The notes: generated from the letters alone by a model not told the origin. A stretch of DNA of 64,000 nucleotides from a virus (IMGVR_UViG_3300031555_002371:1-64000); one strand, 5' to 3'. Numbered from the stretch's first letter, positions 28,711 through 37,840 are shown. Made by a program: numbers and translations.

Positions 28711-29486
28711 ATGAAATATATTGCAAGTTGCAGTTTCGGAAAAGATAGTCTTGCACAGATTATCCAAATAAAGAAACTCGGACTACCTCTTGATGAGGTT
28801 ATTTATTGCGATATTCTTTTCTCTGCCTCCCCCGAATTAGTGGCGAACATCCATTGATGGCTCAATGGATTCCCACTGCGGAGAGGATTTTAGAGAAAGA
28901 ATTTGGTATAAAAGTGAAGCATATAACCGCTAAAAAGTCTTTTGTAGAACAATTTTATACCGAGAAATCCAAAGGCAAACATATGGGAGATATTTATGGT
29001 TTCCCATATACTCTTGGAGCTTGGTGTAATAGCCGTTTGAAACTTGACCCGATAGCACAACACATATCTTCAATAAACGATAAAGTCTATCAATACGTGG
29101 GAATAGCCTATGATGAACCGGATAGATATAGGCGGCTCAAACAAAATGAAACAAACAAAATCGAATATGGCTCGGTGTTGTTTGATAATCAAATAACCGA
29201 GCAAATGGCATTTGATATTTGTGCAGAATATAACCTTGTGTCGCCTGTCTATTCGAGTGATTCTTTTCGAGGCGGATGCTGGTTTTGTGTAAAACAATGC
29301 ATAGCAGATTTATATATACTATGGAAAGATTACCCGGAATATTTTGAGATGTTACTGCAGTTAGAAAAAGATTCTCCGGTTTCTTTTAAACCTAATTCAA
29401 CAATTTCGGAATATGCAAGGAGATTTGAACATGGATACATACCACCAAGAAGAAAGAAAAGAAATGAACAACAAAATTACGCTTGA
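28711..29486 (+). pseudogene. PAPS-reductase (PP-loop) family protein, frameshifted at a C5 tract
   Basis: SD + ATG 28711 gives ASCSFGKDS; the -1 frame continues ISGEHP...WCNSRLK...GIAYDEP.R...RGGCWFC; join at CCCCC 28829-28833. Confidence 0.8.
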
Positions 29487-29817
29487 CTATGAAGAATTTG
29501 AGAAACACATATTATCAATACAAAGGATATTTAAACTCCAAGATGATATGAGTAATTTAACTCATAATTACAATAATGAGTGTGGAGATATGATTGAATT
29601 TTTCTTCCCAACTCTTGTTGATAATGTGGTCAAGCTGCTTACCAAAGCAACCAAAGATGAAGAAAACGGCTGGATAAGTTATTGGTTATACGAACTCGAT
29701 TGTGGTGAAAAATATCACGATGGAAGTGTTACATCCGCCGATAACCAAATTATTAAACTAAAAACCATACAAGATTTATGGAATGTATTAATGGAGGATT
29801 TGAAAGATGATTTTTGA
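29464..29817 (+). CDS. Hypothetical protein
   Basis: In operon; WISYWLYELDCG motif. Confidence 0.65.
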   Translation: MNNKITLDYEEFEKHILSIQRIFKLQDDMSNLTHNYNNECGDMIEFFFPTLVDNVVKLLTKATKDEENGWISYWLYELDCGEKYHDGSVTSADNQIIKLKTIQDLWNVLMEDLKDDF

Positions 29818-30244
29818 GGAAGTACAGCAAGATTTATTTACCGTTCCGCAGGGTTATTACCTTGCACATTGCATTAGTGGTGATTACGCTCTTGGAGCAG
29901 GTATTGCAAAGAAGTTTGACGAGGTATATAACATGAGATTTAAACTTCATAGAGATTTCGCAATTCCTGAAGGAGAGAAGTTTGCAAACGTTGGCAGAGC
30001 ATTGTTGGTTGACAACGTGTTTAACCTTGTTACCAAACAACGTTGTTTCCACAAACCTACTTACGACTCGCTTTATGACACTTTGATTGACATGAGAGAA
30101 CTGTGCGTAGACTTTGGAATTACCAAGCTCGCAATGCCCCTTATTGGATGCGGTCTTGATAAGTTAGATTGGGAGCAGGTAAAGGATGTAATCGATGATG
30201 TTTTTAATGAGACAGACATTAAAATTTTGATTTGTAAACTGTAA
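29807..30244 (+). CDS. Macrodomain ADP-ribosyl hydrolase (TARG1/DarG-like)
   Basis: DLF..YYLAHCISGDYALGAGIAKKF, NLVTK, LAMPLIGCGLDKLDW. Confidence 0.88.
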   Translation: MIFEEVQQDLFTVPQGYYLAHCISGDYALGAGIAKKFDEVYNMRFKLHRDFAIPEGEKFANVGRALLVDNVFNLVTKQRCFHKPTYDSLYDTLIDMRELCVDFGITKLAMPLIGCGLDKLDWEQVKDVIDDVFNETDIKILICKL

Positions 30245-30255
30245 GGAGAAAAACA

Positions 30256-31470
30256 ATGCCGGACTTTACACCAAGGTATTTGGTAATGGTTACGGCTGGT
30301 GCAAACAATAATAAGTATTATCGTATGACACCACATGGCGATTCGTGGACTGCGGAATATGGGCGCATAGGAAGCAGTTCACAACGCCGCACTTATTCAA
30401 AAAGCCAATGGAATGCGAAGTACAATGAGAAAATCAACAAGGGGTACGTTGACCAAACAGACCTTGTAAAAGATTTGATAAGCACCGAGAAGCCGAAACA
30501 ATCTGAATACAAAGAAATTGAAAATAAGGTTATCGCAGAAATTGTTGAAAGATTGCAAAGCATGGCTCGTAAGGCAATCAGCGAAAACTACACCATTTCA
30601 TCAAACAAAGTTACACAAGCAATGGTTGATGAAGCGCAAACAATTCTTACCAGTCTTTTAACCATCGAAGATAGGACGAAATTCAATGAAACGCTTTTAA
30701 AACTATTTACAGTTATCCCCCGAAAAATGGGTTCTGTAAGAAACTATATAGCACAAGATGATACGCAGTTCGCTAAAATCATTAGTAGAGAGCAAGACCT
30801 TCTTGACATTATGAAAGGTCAAGTTGTTCAGAAACAAGCCATAGAAGAAGTTAAAAATGATAAGCCTATCAATGATAAAACCATTCTCGAACAACTTGGC
30901 TTGGAATTTGAAGAATGTACTATTGATGATATTGCGAAAATAAAAGTAGCACTTGGTTCTTGTTCCGACAAATTCCATAAAGCTTGGAAAGTAAAGAATC
31001 TTAAAACACAAGAGCGTTTTGACAAGTTTGTAAAAGATAATGATATCAGTGATGTTCGATTGTTATTCCATGGTTCTCGTAATGAGAACTGGTGGTCTAT
31101 TATCAATAGCGGATTAGTATTAAGACCGACCAATGCGGTCATTACCGGCAAGATGTTTGGATATGGTATTTACTATGCGCCAAAAGCAAGAAAATCTTTG
31201 GGCTATACCAGCCTTTCAGGAAGCTATTGGGCTAATGGCAGTTCTTCGTCAGGGTTTATGGCGTTGATGGATGTTGCTTATGGTAATCCTTATGACGTTC
31301 ATTCATTCAATAGTAAATACTATAATTTCAATTATGAGGCTTTGCAGCGAGCTTGCCCAGGCGCAAATTGCTTACACGCTCACAAAGGACAAATGCTACG
31401 TAACGATGAGATAATTGTTTATAAAGAGGAACAATGTACGATTAAGTACCTTGTGGAACTTAAAAATTAA
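30256..31470 (+). CDS. Poly(ADP-ribose) polymerase-like protein: WGR + helical regulatory + catalytic domain
   Basis: NNNKYY...YGRIG...KINKGY (WGR); LFTVIPR; LLFHGSR, GKMFGYGIYYA, KSLGY, NDEIIVY (H-Y-E triad). Confidence 0.9.
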   Translation: MPDFTPRYLVMVTAGANNNKYYRMTPHGDSWTAEYGRIGSSSQRRTYSKSQWNAKYNEKINKGYVDQTDLVKDLISTEKPKQSEYKEIENKVIAEIVERLQSMARKAISENYTISSNKVTQAMVDEAQTILTSLLTIEDRTKFNETLLKLFTVIPRKMGSVRNYIAQDDTQFAKIISREQDLLDIMKGQVVQKQAIEEVKNDKPINDKTILEQLGLEFEECTIDDIAKIKVALGSCSDKFHKAWKVKNLKTQERFDKFVKDNDISDVRLLFHGSRNENWWSIINSGLVLRPTNAVITGKMFGYGIYYAPKARKSLGYTSLSGSYWANGSSSSGFMALMDVAYGNPYDVHSFNSKYYNFNYEALQRACPGANCLHAHKGQMLRNDEIIVYKEEQCTIKYLVELKN

Positions 31471-31491
31471 AAAATAAATCTGAAAAACCTC

Positions 31492-31520
31492 TTGACATTC
31501 AATGAGAAGTGTGATATAAT
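31492..31520 (+). promoter_or_regulatory. Consensus sigma-A promoter for the nucleotide-metabolism operon
   Basis: TTGACA-17 bp-TATAAT with extended TG. Confidence 0.8.
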
Positions 31521-31644
31521 TATACTGTAAATTAATCACAAGATATATTTGTGTAGGATAGTTTATTGATGGGGTAACTCATCAATAAATCTTATACACA
31601 AAAACTAAATCTGAACAATACACTCCGCGAAAACAAATAAGCCT

Positions 31645-31702
31645 CGAAAGTTTCGCAGAGTAAAAATCAGATTTTGATAATAAAAACCGCATTTCATTCA
31701 CA
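31645..31702. repeat. Recombination-site-like composite repeat, opposite orientation to 17618
   Basis: CGAAAGTTTCG, 24-bp gap, ATAAAA-ACCGCA-TTTCAT-TCACA. Confidence 0.65.
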
Positions 31703-31719
31703 TTTATAGGAGAAAAACA

Positions 31720-32523
31720 ATGAAAGTAGAAATTCTTAATCCAGAGGTTGTGAAAAGCCTATATCGCAACCACGGCGTATTTGCTTGCACTTGTTATAAC
31801 ACACCGGAAGCATATGCCGAAAAGGTTGGTAAGAGTTGTGCTAATGATGGTCACATGAGCGGTAGTCGCTGTGAATACATCAAGTTCAAAATTACAGACC
31901 TTGACAGAGGCACAGCAGAACAGTCTTTGCGACACGAAATCGGCACGGTAATTCCATATGAGTTCCAAGACAATTATTCGTTTGCGGATTACTCTGAACT
32001 TGTAAAGGATGTGAGTCCTGACCAGATTGTAAAGAATATGGCTTCGTTTAGGTACATCGATAAAGATGGGTTTAAATGGGAAACCCCCAAGACCATTTTG
32101 GATTGCACAGAAGCCAAACTTGAATACGATGAACTTATGGGAATTATCAATGAAAAGCGAAGAAAAATCAAACAGATTCTCGAAGACAACGGCGTTCCAG
32201 CTCATGCAGCAACACAAGATGCAAACTTTGTATTACCTCGCGCAACCACAACAGAGTTTGTAATCGGCTTTACGCCCGAAGCCTTAATTCATTTCTGTCA
32301 TAAACGACTTTGTACACGCGCACAAGAATTCATTAGAACACTCGCCATTTTAATGAAGAAAGAAGTTGCTAAGTATTCAGAGGAATTTGCAAAGGAGTTA
32401 GTTCCTCAATGTAATCATCTTCTCTGGTGTCCCGAAGGCAAGAGGTGTTGTGGTACATATCCAACCAAGACTGAACTTAAAAATATCCTGGCAGAAGCCA
32501 GAGAAACAACTAACAATGCGTAA
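31720..32523 (+). CDS. thyX: Divergent flavin-dependent thymidylate synthase
   Basis: DGHMS, QSLRH, ASFRY, DANFVLP, HFCHKRLCTRAQEFIR resemble ThyX motifs with substitutions. Confidence 0.72.
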   Translation: MKVEILNPEVVKSLYRNHGVFACTCYNTPEAYAEKVGKSCANDGHMSGSRCEYIKFKITDLDRGTAEQSLRHEIGTVIPYEFQDNYSFADYSELVKDVSPDQIVKNMASFRYIDKDGFKWETPKTILDCTEAKLEYDELMGIINEKRRKIKQILEDNGVPAHAATQDANFVLPRATTTEFVIGFTPEALIHFCHKRLCTRAQEFIRTLAILMKKEVAKYSEEFAKELVPQCNHLLWCPEGKRCCGTYPTKTELKNILAEARETTNNA

Positions 32524-32761
32524 ATACGAAAACCATTGTGTTGGCTGCCCAAAGGATATGGGATGCCTCGGTAGAATTTGCCGATATGTAGATGTTCCGG
32601 TTGACTATTGTGATAGTTGTAATGGCGAGGGAGCGAAATATCGAATAGATGGAGAAGATTATTGCGAAGAATGCGCAAAAGAATATTTAAAAGATATATT
32701 TAACGATTTGACCATTATAGAGCAAGCAGAAGTATTAGACATCGACATTGAAAGGATTTGA
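32516..32761 (+). CDS. Small Cys-rich protein
   Basis: CVGC, CDSC, CEEC motifs. Confidence 0.6.
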   Translation: MRKYENHCVGCPKDMGCLGRICRYVDVPVDYCDSCNGEGAKYRIDGEDYCEECAKEYLKDIFNDLTIIEQAEVLDIDIERI

Positions 32762-32770
32762 TGATTAAAT

Positions 32771-33349
32771 ATGAATGTAGTATTAATCGGTGCAAGTGCA
32801 TCGGGTAAGTCAACATTACAAACAATGCTTATCAAAAGAGAGCCATGTTTTAAAAAGGTTGTTACATACACTACAAGACCGCCAAGAGATGGAGAAGTGA
32901 ATGGCGTTGACTATCATTATATAACTAACGAGGAATTTGATAAATTAGTAAACGAGGGATTTTTTGCGGAACATAACTCATATCGTGAATGGTCGTATGG
33001 AACTCCCAAACACGAATTAATGAATGACAATGAAAATCATGTTATCGTACTGACTCCTGCAGGATATAGAGAATTAAAGAAAAACAACATTGAAACTCTA
33101 TCTATACTAATCGATGTTGATAGAAGGTCTCGTTTAATTAATAATCTCAAACGTGGGGATAATATTGAGGAAGCGTATCGTAGAAGTTTATCTGATGTGG
33201 GGCAATTCGATGGTGTGGCAAATGAGGTTGATTACATAATTGATAATTCTCAGTATAGATACAACGAAGAAGAAATGCTCGATATTCTATTAGATATCAT
33301 TACAAAGACAGACCCTCATTTTAGAAATCAACAGCTCACAGTTTTCTAA
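32771..33349 (+). CDS. gmk: Guanylate kinase
   Basis: GASASGKST, YTTRPPRDGEVNGVDYHY, YGTP. Confidence 0.88.
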   Translation: MNVVLIGASASGKSTLQTMLIKREPCFKKVVTYTTRPPRDGEVNGVDYHYITNEEFDKLVNEGFFAEHNSYREWSYGTPKHELMNDNENHVIVLTPAGYRELKKNNIETLSILIDVDRRSRLINNLKRGDNIEEAYRRSLSDVGQFDGVANEVDYIIDNSQYRYNEEEMLDILLDIITKTDPHFRNQQLTVF

Positions 33350-33360
33350 CGGAGGATGTT

Positions 33361-33798
33361 TTGAAGTATTTTAAGATTTATACAGCAGGCAAAATGGCTG
33401 GTCTCTCATATGAAGAACAGATGGGGTGGAGAAAAGAAATTGAGCATCTTATCAAACAGAAAACAGAGGCTAATATTACGTTTATCCATCCTCCGACTTA
33501 TTACAGATATGATAAAACTGAACATAAGAGTGAGAGAGAAGTCAAGGATTGGGATTTGAACCAGGTTAAAGATAGTGATATTGTTATTGTTAATTTGAGC
33601 GATATTGATGATAGTGTTGACACTTATTACAAACTTGGAGTTATTGATTCCATGAATTCTTTTGGTTATAGGCATATCTACGTGATTGGTGTTGGCAAAT
33701 CAAATGCTAACCATCCATTGATTAATTTAACATTATTAAGACAAGAGGATAATTTTGAAGATGCGGCAGAGTATGTCGTTAATTATTTACTCTTATAA
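33361..33798 (+). CDS. Nucleoside 2-deoxyribosyltransferase-like protein
   Basis: IYTAGKM..GWR..DLNQVKDSDIVIVNL. Confidence 0.65.
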   Translation: MKYFKIYTAGKMAGLSYEEQMGWRKEIEHLIKQKTEANITFIHPPTYYRYDKTEHKSEREVKDWDLNQVKDSDIVIVNLSDIDDSVDTYYKLGVIDSMNSFGYRHIYVIGVGKSNANHPLINLTLLRQEDNFEDAAEYVVNYLLL

Positions 33799-33827
33799 CT
33801 AAATCTAAACAACAAAGGAGACTAATA

Positions 33828-36044
33828 ATGATAATTATTAAACGCGATTGCTCCGAGGTTGAATTCGATAAGTCAAAAATATACGATGCCATTATGAAGG
33901 CTATGACGTTCGGTAGTGGCGTTATCAAACCACACATAGCTCATGAAATTGCTGACGAAATCGAAACCGAGGCTGCATACATTGAAGATTTGAGCATTTA
34001 CATTGTTGAGTCGATGGTTTTTGAAAAGCTCATTGGTAAAGGCGAAACACTTACCGCAAAAGCATACGAAGGATATAGAAGTGTTCGTGAATTCCAGCGA
34101 GACGTAAAAAACTCAACGGATGACACGATTAAAGAATTACTTACTGGTAAAAGCGACTATTGGAACAATGAAAACTCTAACAAAAATGCAATGCTGGTAA
34201 CAACACAGCGAGATTACATTGCCGGTATTGAAAGCGAAGATGTTACTCGCCGTATGTATTTGCCGCCTGATATTGTACAGGCTCATGATGATGGCATCAT
34301 TCACTTCCATGATGCGGATTACTTCTTGCAGAAAGCATTGTATAATTGCTGTCTTATCAATCTTGAAGATATGCTTCAGAATGGTACAGTTATTAGCAAT
34401 ACCTTAATTGAGAAACCTCATAGTTTCTCTACTGCCTGCAACGTAGCAACACAGATTATTGCACAAGTTGCATCAAGTCAGTATGGCGGTCAAACAATTT
34501 CTCTTTCTCATCTCGCACCGTTTGTTGATGTAAGTAGAAATAACATCCGCAAAGAGGTAATTAAAGAACTCAAAGATGTTCTCAATCTTGCCGATAGCGA
34601 GGCGTTCACAGAAGCGGTTGAGAAAATCACAGAAAAAAGATTGAAAAAGGAAATCAATAGAGGCGTACAAACTATTCAATATCAAGTTGTAACGCTGCAA
34701 ACCACAAATGGGCAAGCTCCTTTTCTTTCAGTGTTTGCGTATCTTGGAGAAACTAAAGACACTCAAACCAAACAAGACCTTGCGTTAATTATCGAAGAAG
34801 TATTGCGACAGAGAATTCAGGGTGTCAAAAATGAGCAAGGAGTATGGGTAACTCCTGCTTTCCCTAAATTGCTTTATGTTCTTGAAGAAGATAATATGCG
34901 CGGCGGAAAGTATTGGTATCTAACAGAACTCGCAGCAAAGTGTACCGCAAAGCGTCTTGTTCCTGACTACATTTCTGAAAAGAAAATGCTCGAATATAAA
35001 ATTGACAAAAACGGCAATGGAAATTGCTATGCGTGTATGGGTTGCCGCAGTTTCCTTACGCCTTATGTAGACGAAAACGGAAATCCAAAATATTACGGCA
35101 GGTTCAATCAGGGCGTTGTTACTATCAATTTGGTTGACCTTGCACTTTCTTCAAAGGGTGATTTTGATGCCTTCTGGAAATTGCTTGAAGTAAGAACTGA
35201 GTTATGCCATAAAGCACTACAGATTAGGCACAACCGACTTGAGAATACCTTATCTGATGTTGCTCCAATCTTGTGGCAGCATGGAGCTATTGCAAGACTC
35301 AAAAAGGGTGAGAACATCAATAAACTCTTGCATGGTGGCTATTCAACAATTTCACTTGGATACGCTGGTCTTTATGAGTGTGTTAAGTATATGACTGGGC
35401 ATAGTCACACAGATGGGGATATTGGTGAAAAGTTTGGTCTTGAGGTTATGCAGGCTCTTAACGATAAGTGTAAGCAGTGGAAAGAAGCAGAATCTATTGA
35501 TTATAGCCTCTACGGAACACCAATCGAAACAACCACATATAAGTTTGCAAAGTGTCTCCAAAAGAGATTTGGAATTATCGAAGGCGTAACGGATAAAAAC
35601 TATATCACCAATTCGTATCACGTTCCTGTATTTGAAGAAATCAACGCATTTGATAAATTGGCTCTTGAAGCTAAATTCCAAAAATTGAGTCCCGGCGGCG
35701 CAATTAGTTACGTTGAAATTCCAAACCTTTCCGACAACCTTGATATTGTTCTTCAGATCATTGAGTTCATCTACAACAACATTATGTATGCAGAACTTAA
35801 TACTAAGAGTGATTATTGTACGGTATGTGGATACGATAAGGAAATTGAAATTGTAACAGATGCAGAAAGCGGTAACCTTTACTGGCGTTGCCCTAAGTGT
35901 GGTAATACTGACCAAAGCAAAATGAGCGTTACACGAAGAACTTGCGGTTATATTGGTACAAACTTTTGGAATCAAGGCAGAACTCAGGAAATCAAAGAAA
36001 GAGTCCTTCACATCGACGATAAAGAATGTGAGGAAACGCCTTAA
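33828..36044 (+). CDS. nrdD: Anaerobic (class III) ribonucleotide reductase
   Basis: ATP cone, NCCL, MGCRSFL, GRFNQGVVTINL, YITNSYH, RRTCGY. Confidence 0.97.
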   Translation: MIIIKRDCSEVEFDKSKIYDAIMKAMTFGSGVIKPHIAHEIADEIETEAAYIEDLSIYIVESMVFEKLIGKGETLTAKAYEGYRSVREFQRDVKNSTDDTIKELLTGKSDYWNNENSNKNAMLVTTQRDYIAGIESEDVTRRMYLPPDIVQAHDDGIIHFHDADYFLQKALYNCCLINLEDMLQNGTVISNTLIEKPHSFSTACNVATQIIAQVASSQYGGQTISLSHLAPFVDVSRNNIRKEVIKELKDVLNLADSEAFTEAVEKITEKRLKKEINRGVQTIQYQVVTLQTTNGQAPFLSVFAYLGETKDTQTKQDLALIIEEVLRQRIQGVKNEQGVWVTPAFPKLLYVLEEDNMRGGKYWYLTELAAKCTAKRLVPDYISEKKMLEYKIDKNGNGNCYACMGCRSFLTPYVDENGNPKYYGRFNQGVVTINLVDLALSSKGDFDAFWKLLEVRTELCHKALQIRHNRLENTLSDVAPILWQHGAIARLKKGENINKLLHGGYSTISLGYAGLYECVKYMTGHSHTDGDIGEKFGLEVMQALNDKCKQWKEAESIDYSLYGTPIETTTYKFAKCLQKRFGIIEGVTDKNYITNSYHVPVFEEINAFDKLALEAKFQKLSPGGAISYVEIPNLSDNLDIVLQIIEFIYNNIMYAELNTKSDYCTVCGYDKEIEIVTDAESGNLYWRCPKCGNTDQSKMSVTRRTCGYIGTNFWNQGRTQEIKERVLHIDDKECEETP

Positions 36045-36550
36045 TGAGATATTCCATGATTAGAAAAATGGATGTGTCAAACGGACGGGGAGTTGGAATC
36101 TCCCTGTTCGTTCAGGGCTGTCATTTCCATTGCAAAGGCTGCTTTAATCCGGAGACATGGGATTTTAATGGCGGCAAAGAATGGACAGAAGAAACTGAAA
36201 AGTTATTCCTTAGTCTTGCCGACCATGAATATATTCAGCGAATATCTATTTTGGGCGGAGAGCCTTTGTGTGATGAAAATATAGAAACAGTTGTTTCTCT
36301 CATTAATAAAATAAGGGTTTCATTTCCAAATAAAATAATTTGGGTTTACTCAGGGTATACATGGGAAAACCTTGTTGCATTACAAAAATATAAGCTGATT
36401 CAGAATGCAGATGTTCTTGTAGATGGCAATTTCCAATTGGACAAACAAGATATATATAACGAACATATCGTATTCGCCGGAAGCACAAATCAGCGAATTA
36501 TTGATATTAAGAAGTCAATCGCTAACAATGCGTTATGCGAATGGAGGTGA
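36044..36550 (+). CDS. nrdG: Anaerobic RNR activating protein
   Basis: GCHFHCKGCFN, ILGGEP, GSTNQR. Confidence 0.95.
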   Translation: MRYSMIRKMDVSNGRGVGISLFVQGCHFHCKGCFNPETWDFNGGKEWTEETEKLFLSLADHEYIQRISILGGEPLCDENIETVVSLINKIRVSFPNKIIWVYSGYTWENLVALQKYKLIQNADVLVDGNFQLDKQDIYNEHIVFAGSTNQRIIDIKKSIANNALCEWR

Positions 36551-36555
36551 ATACG

Positions 36556-37098
36556 TTGGATGGATGTATAGTTGTGAACTTATTTGGAGTACCATCAGCA
36601 GGGAAGTCTACTGGTGCCGCCTACATATTTAGTAAGTTGAAAATGGCTGGAATTAACGCAGAGTTAATCACAGAATTCGCCAAAGACAAAGCATGGGAAA
36701 ATAATGAAGAAGCATTTAAACCAGACAACCAATGTTATATGTTTGGCGAACAGTTTTATAAAATGAGTAGATGTAGAGATAAGGTAGAAGTTCTTGTTAC
36801 CGATAGCCCGCTACCGTTAAGCATTTTATATAATAGAAGTAAAATTCTCGGAAAAGCATTCCACGATACTGTTATGGATTGCTTTAACTCCTTTAACAAC
36901 GTGTCCTATTTGCTGTTAAGAGATAAACCATATAATCCAAAAGGTAGAATTCAGACTGAAGAAGAAAGTGACGCATTACAAAATCCTTTGTGTTCATTGC
37001 TTAACGAATACAATATAAACTACACGGAGTTAAAGGGGAATGTAAAAAATTACGATTCAATCGTAGATACGATTATTAAAATAGTCAAGGAGAACTAA
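36556..37098 (+). CDS. P-loop nucleotide kinase (NadR/AAA_28-like)
   Basis: [24 protein letters not shown]; TTG after SD GGAGGTG. Confidence 0.7.
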   Translation: MDGCIVVNLFGVPSAGKSTGAAYIFSKLKMAGINAELITEFAKDKAWENNEEAFKPDNQCYMFGEQFYKMSRCRDKVEVLVTDSPLPLSILYNRSKILGKAFHDTVMDCFNSFNNVSYLLLRDKPYNPKGRIQTEEESDALQNPLCSLLNEYNINYTELKGNVKNYDSIVDTIIKIVKEN

Positions 37099-37100
37099 AT

Positions 37101-37532
37101 ATGGAGCAGATTAAAATTAAATATTTTTCAAAAGAGATTGACAAGATTTCCAAGATGGAAATTGGAGATTGGATTGATTTAAGAGCGGCAGAAGATGTAG
37201 AACTTGCCAAGGGTGAGTTTAAACTGATTAATCTCGGTGTCGGCATGATTCTTCCCAAGGGATACGAGGCTCATGTCGTTCCTCGCAGTAGTACATATAA
37301 AAATTTCGGCATTACTCAGGCAAATCATATGGGGGTTATTGATGAATCTTATTGTGGAGATAACGACCAGTGGAAGTTCCCTGCAAAGGCAGAGCGAGAT
37401 ACAGTTATTCATAAGAATGATAGAATTTGCCAATTCAGAATTGTTGAAAAACAACCAGACCTTGAATTCATTGAGGTTGACCGGCTTGATGGTAAAAATC
37501 GTGGTGGATTCGGAAGTACAGGAATTAATTAA
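37101..37532 (+). CDS. dut: dUTPase (trimeric)
   Basis: [31 protein letters not shown]. Confidence 0.92.
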   Translation: MEQIKIKYFSKEIDKISKMEIGDWIDLRAAEDVELAKGEFKLINLGVGMILPKGYEAHVVPRSSTYKNFGITQANHMGVIDESYCGDNDQWKFPAKAERDTVIHKNDRICQFRIVEKQPDLEFIEVDRLDGKNRGGFGSTGIN

Positions 37533-37583
37533 TCTATAAATAAATTATAGACATTAAATTGATGTCTATGGATATATTAAACG

Positions 37584-37618
37584 TAAAAGCAGTTTATTTT
37601 GTATAAACTGCTTTTATT
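37584..37618 (+). terminator. Terminator-like hairpin after dut
   Basis: TAAAAGCAGTTTA..TAAACTGCTTTTA. Confidence 0.6.
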
Positions 37619-37636
37619 AAAAAGGCGGTTATAATA

Positions 37637-37840
37637 ATGAGTAAATTAAATTTATTACCATGTCAAAAGTTGTGTTTGACCATTGAAGAAGCTGCGGCAT
37701 ACTCAATGTTGGGGGAAAATAGATTGAGAAAAATTATAGAAGAAGACAAGACTCTCGATTGGGTATTGTATGTTGGCTCTTGGATTAGAATAAAAAGACC
37801 TCAATTTGAACAATGGATTTCAGAACAAAATTATATATAA
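37637..37840 (+). CDS. xis: Excisionase (Tn916 Xis-like HTH)
   Basis: LTIEEAAAYSMLGENRLR..VG..IRIKR..FE; directly upstream of the integrase. Confidence 0.8.
   Translation: MSKLNLLPCQKLCLTIEEAAAYSMLGENRLRKIIEEDKTLDWVLYVGSWIRIKRPQFEQWISEQNYI

Noticed and set aside
35352-36011. 219-aa minus-strand ORF
   Set aside because: Antisense shadow of nrdD
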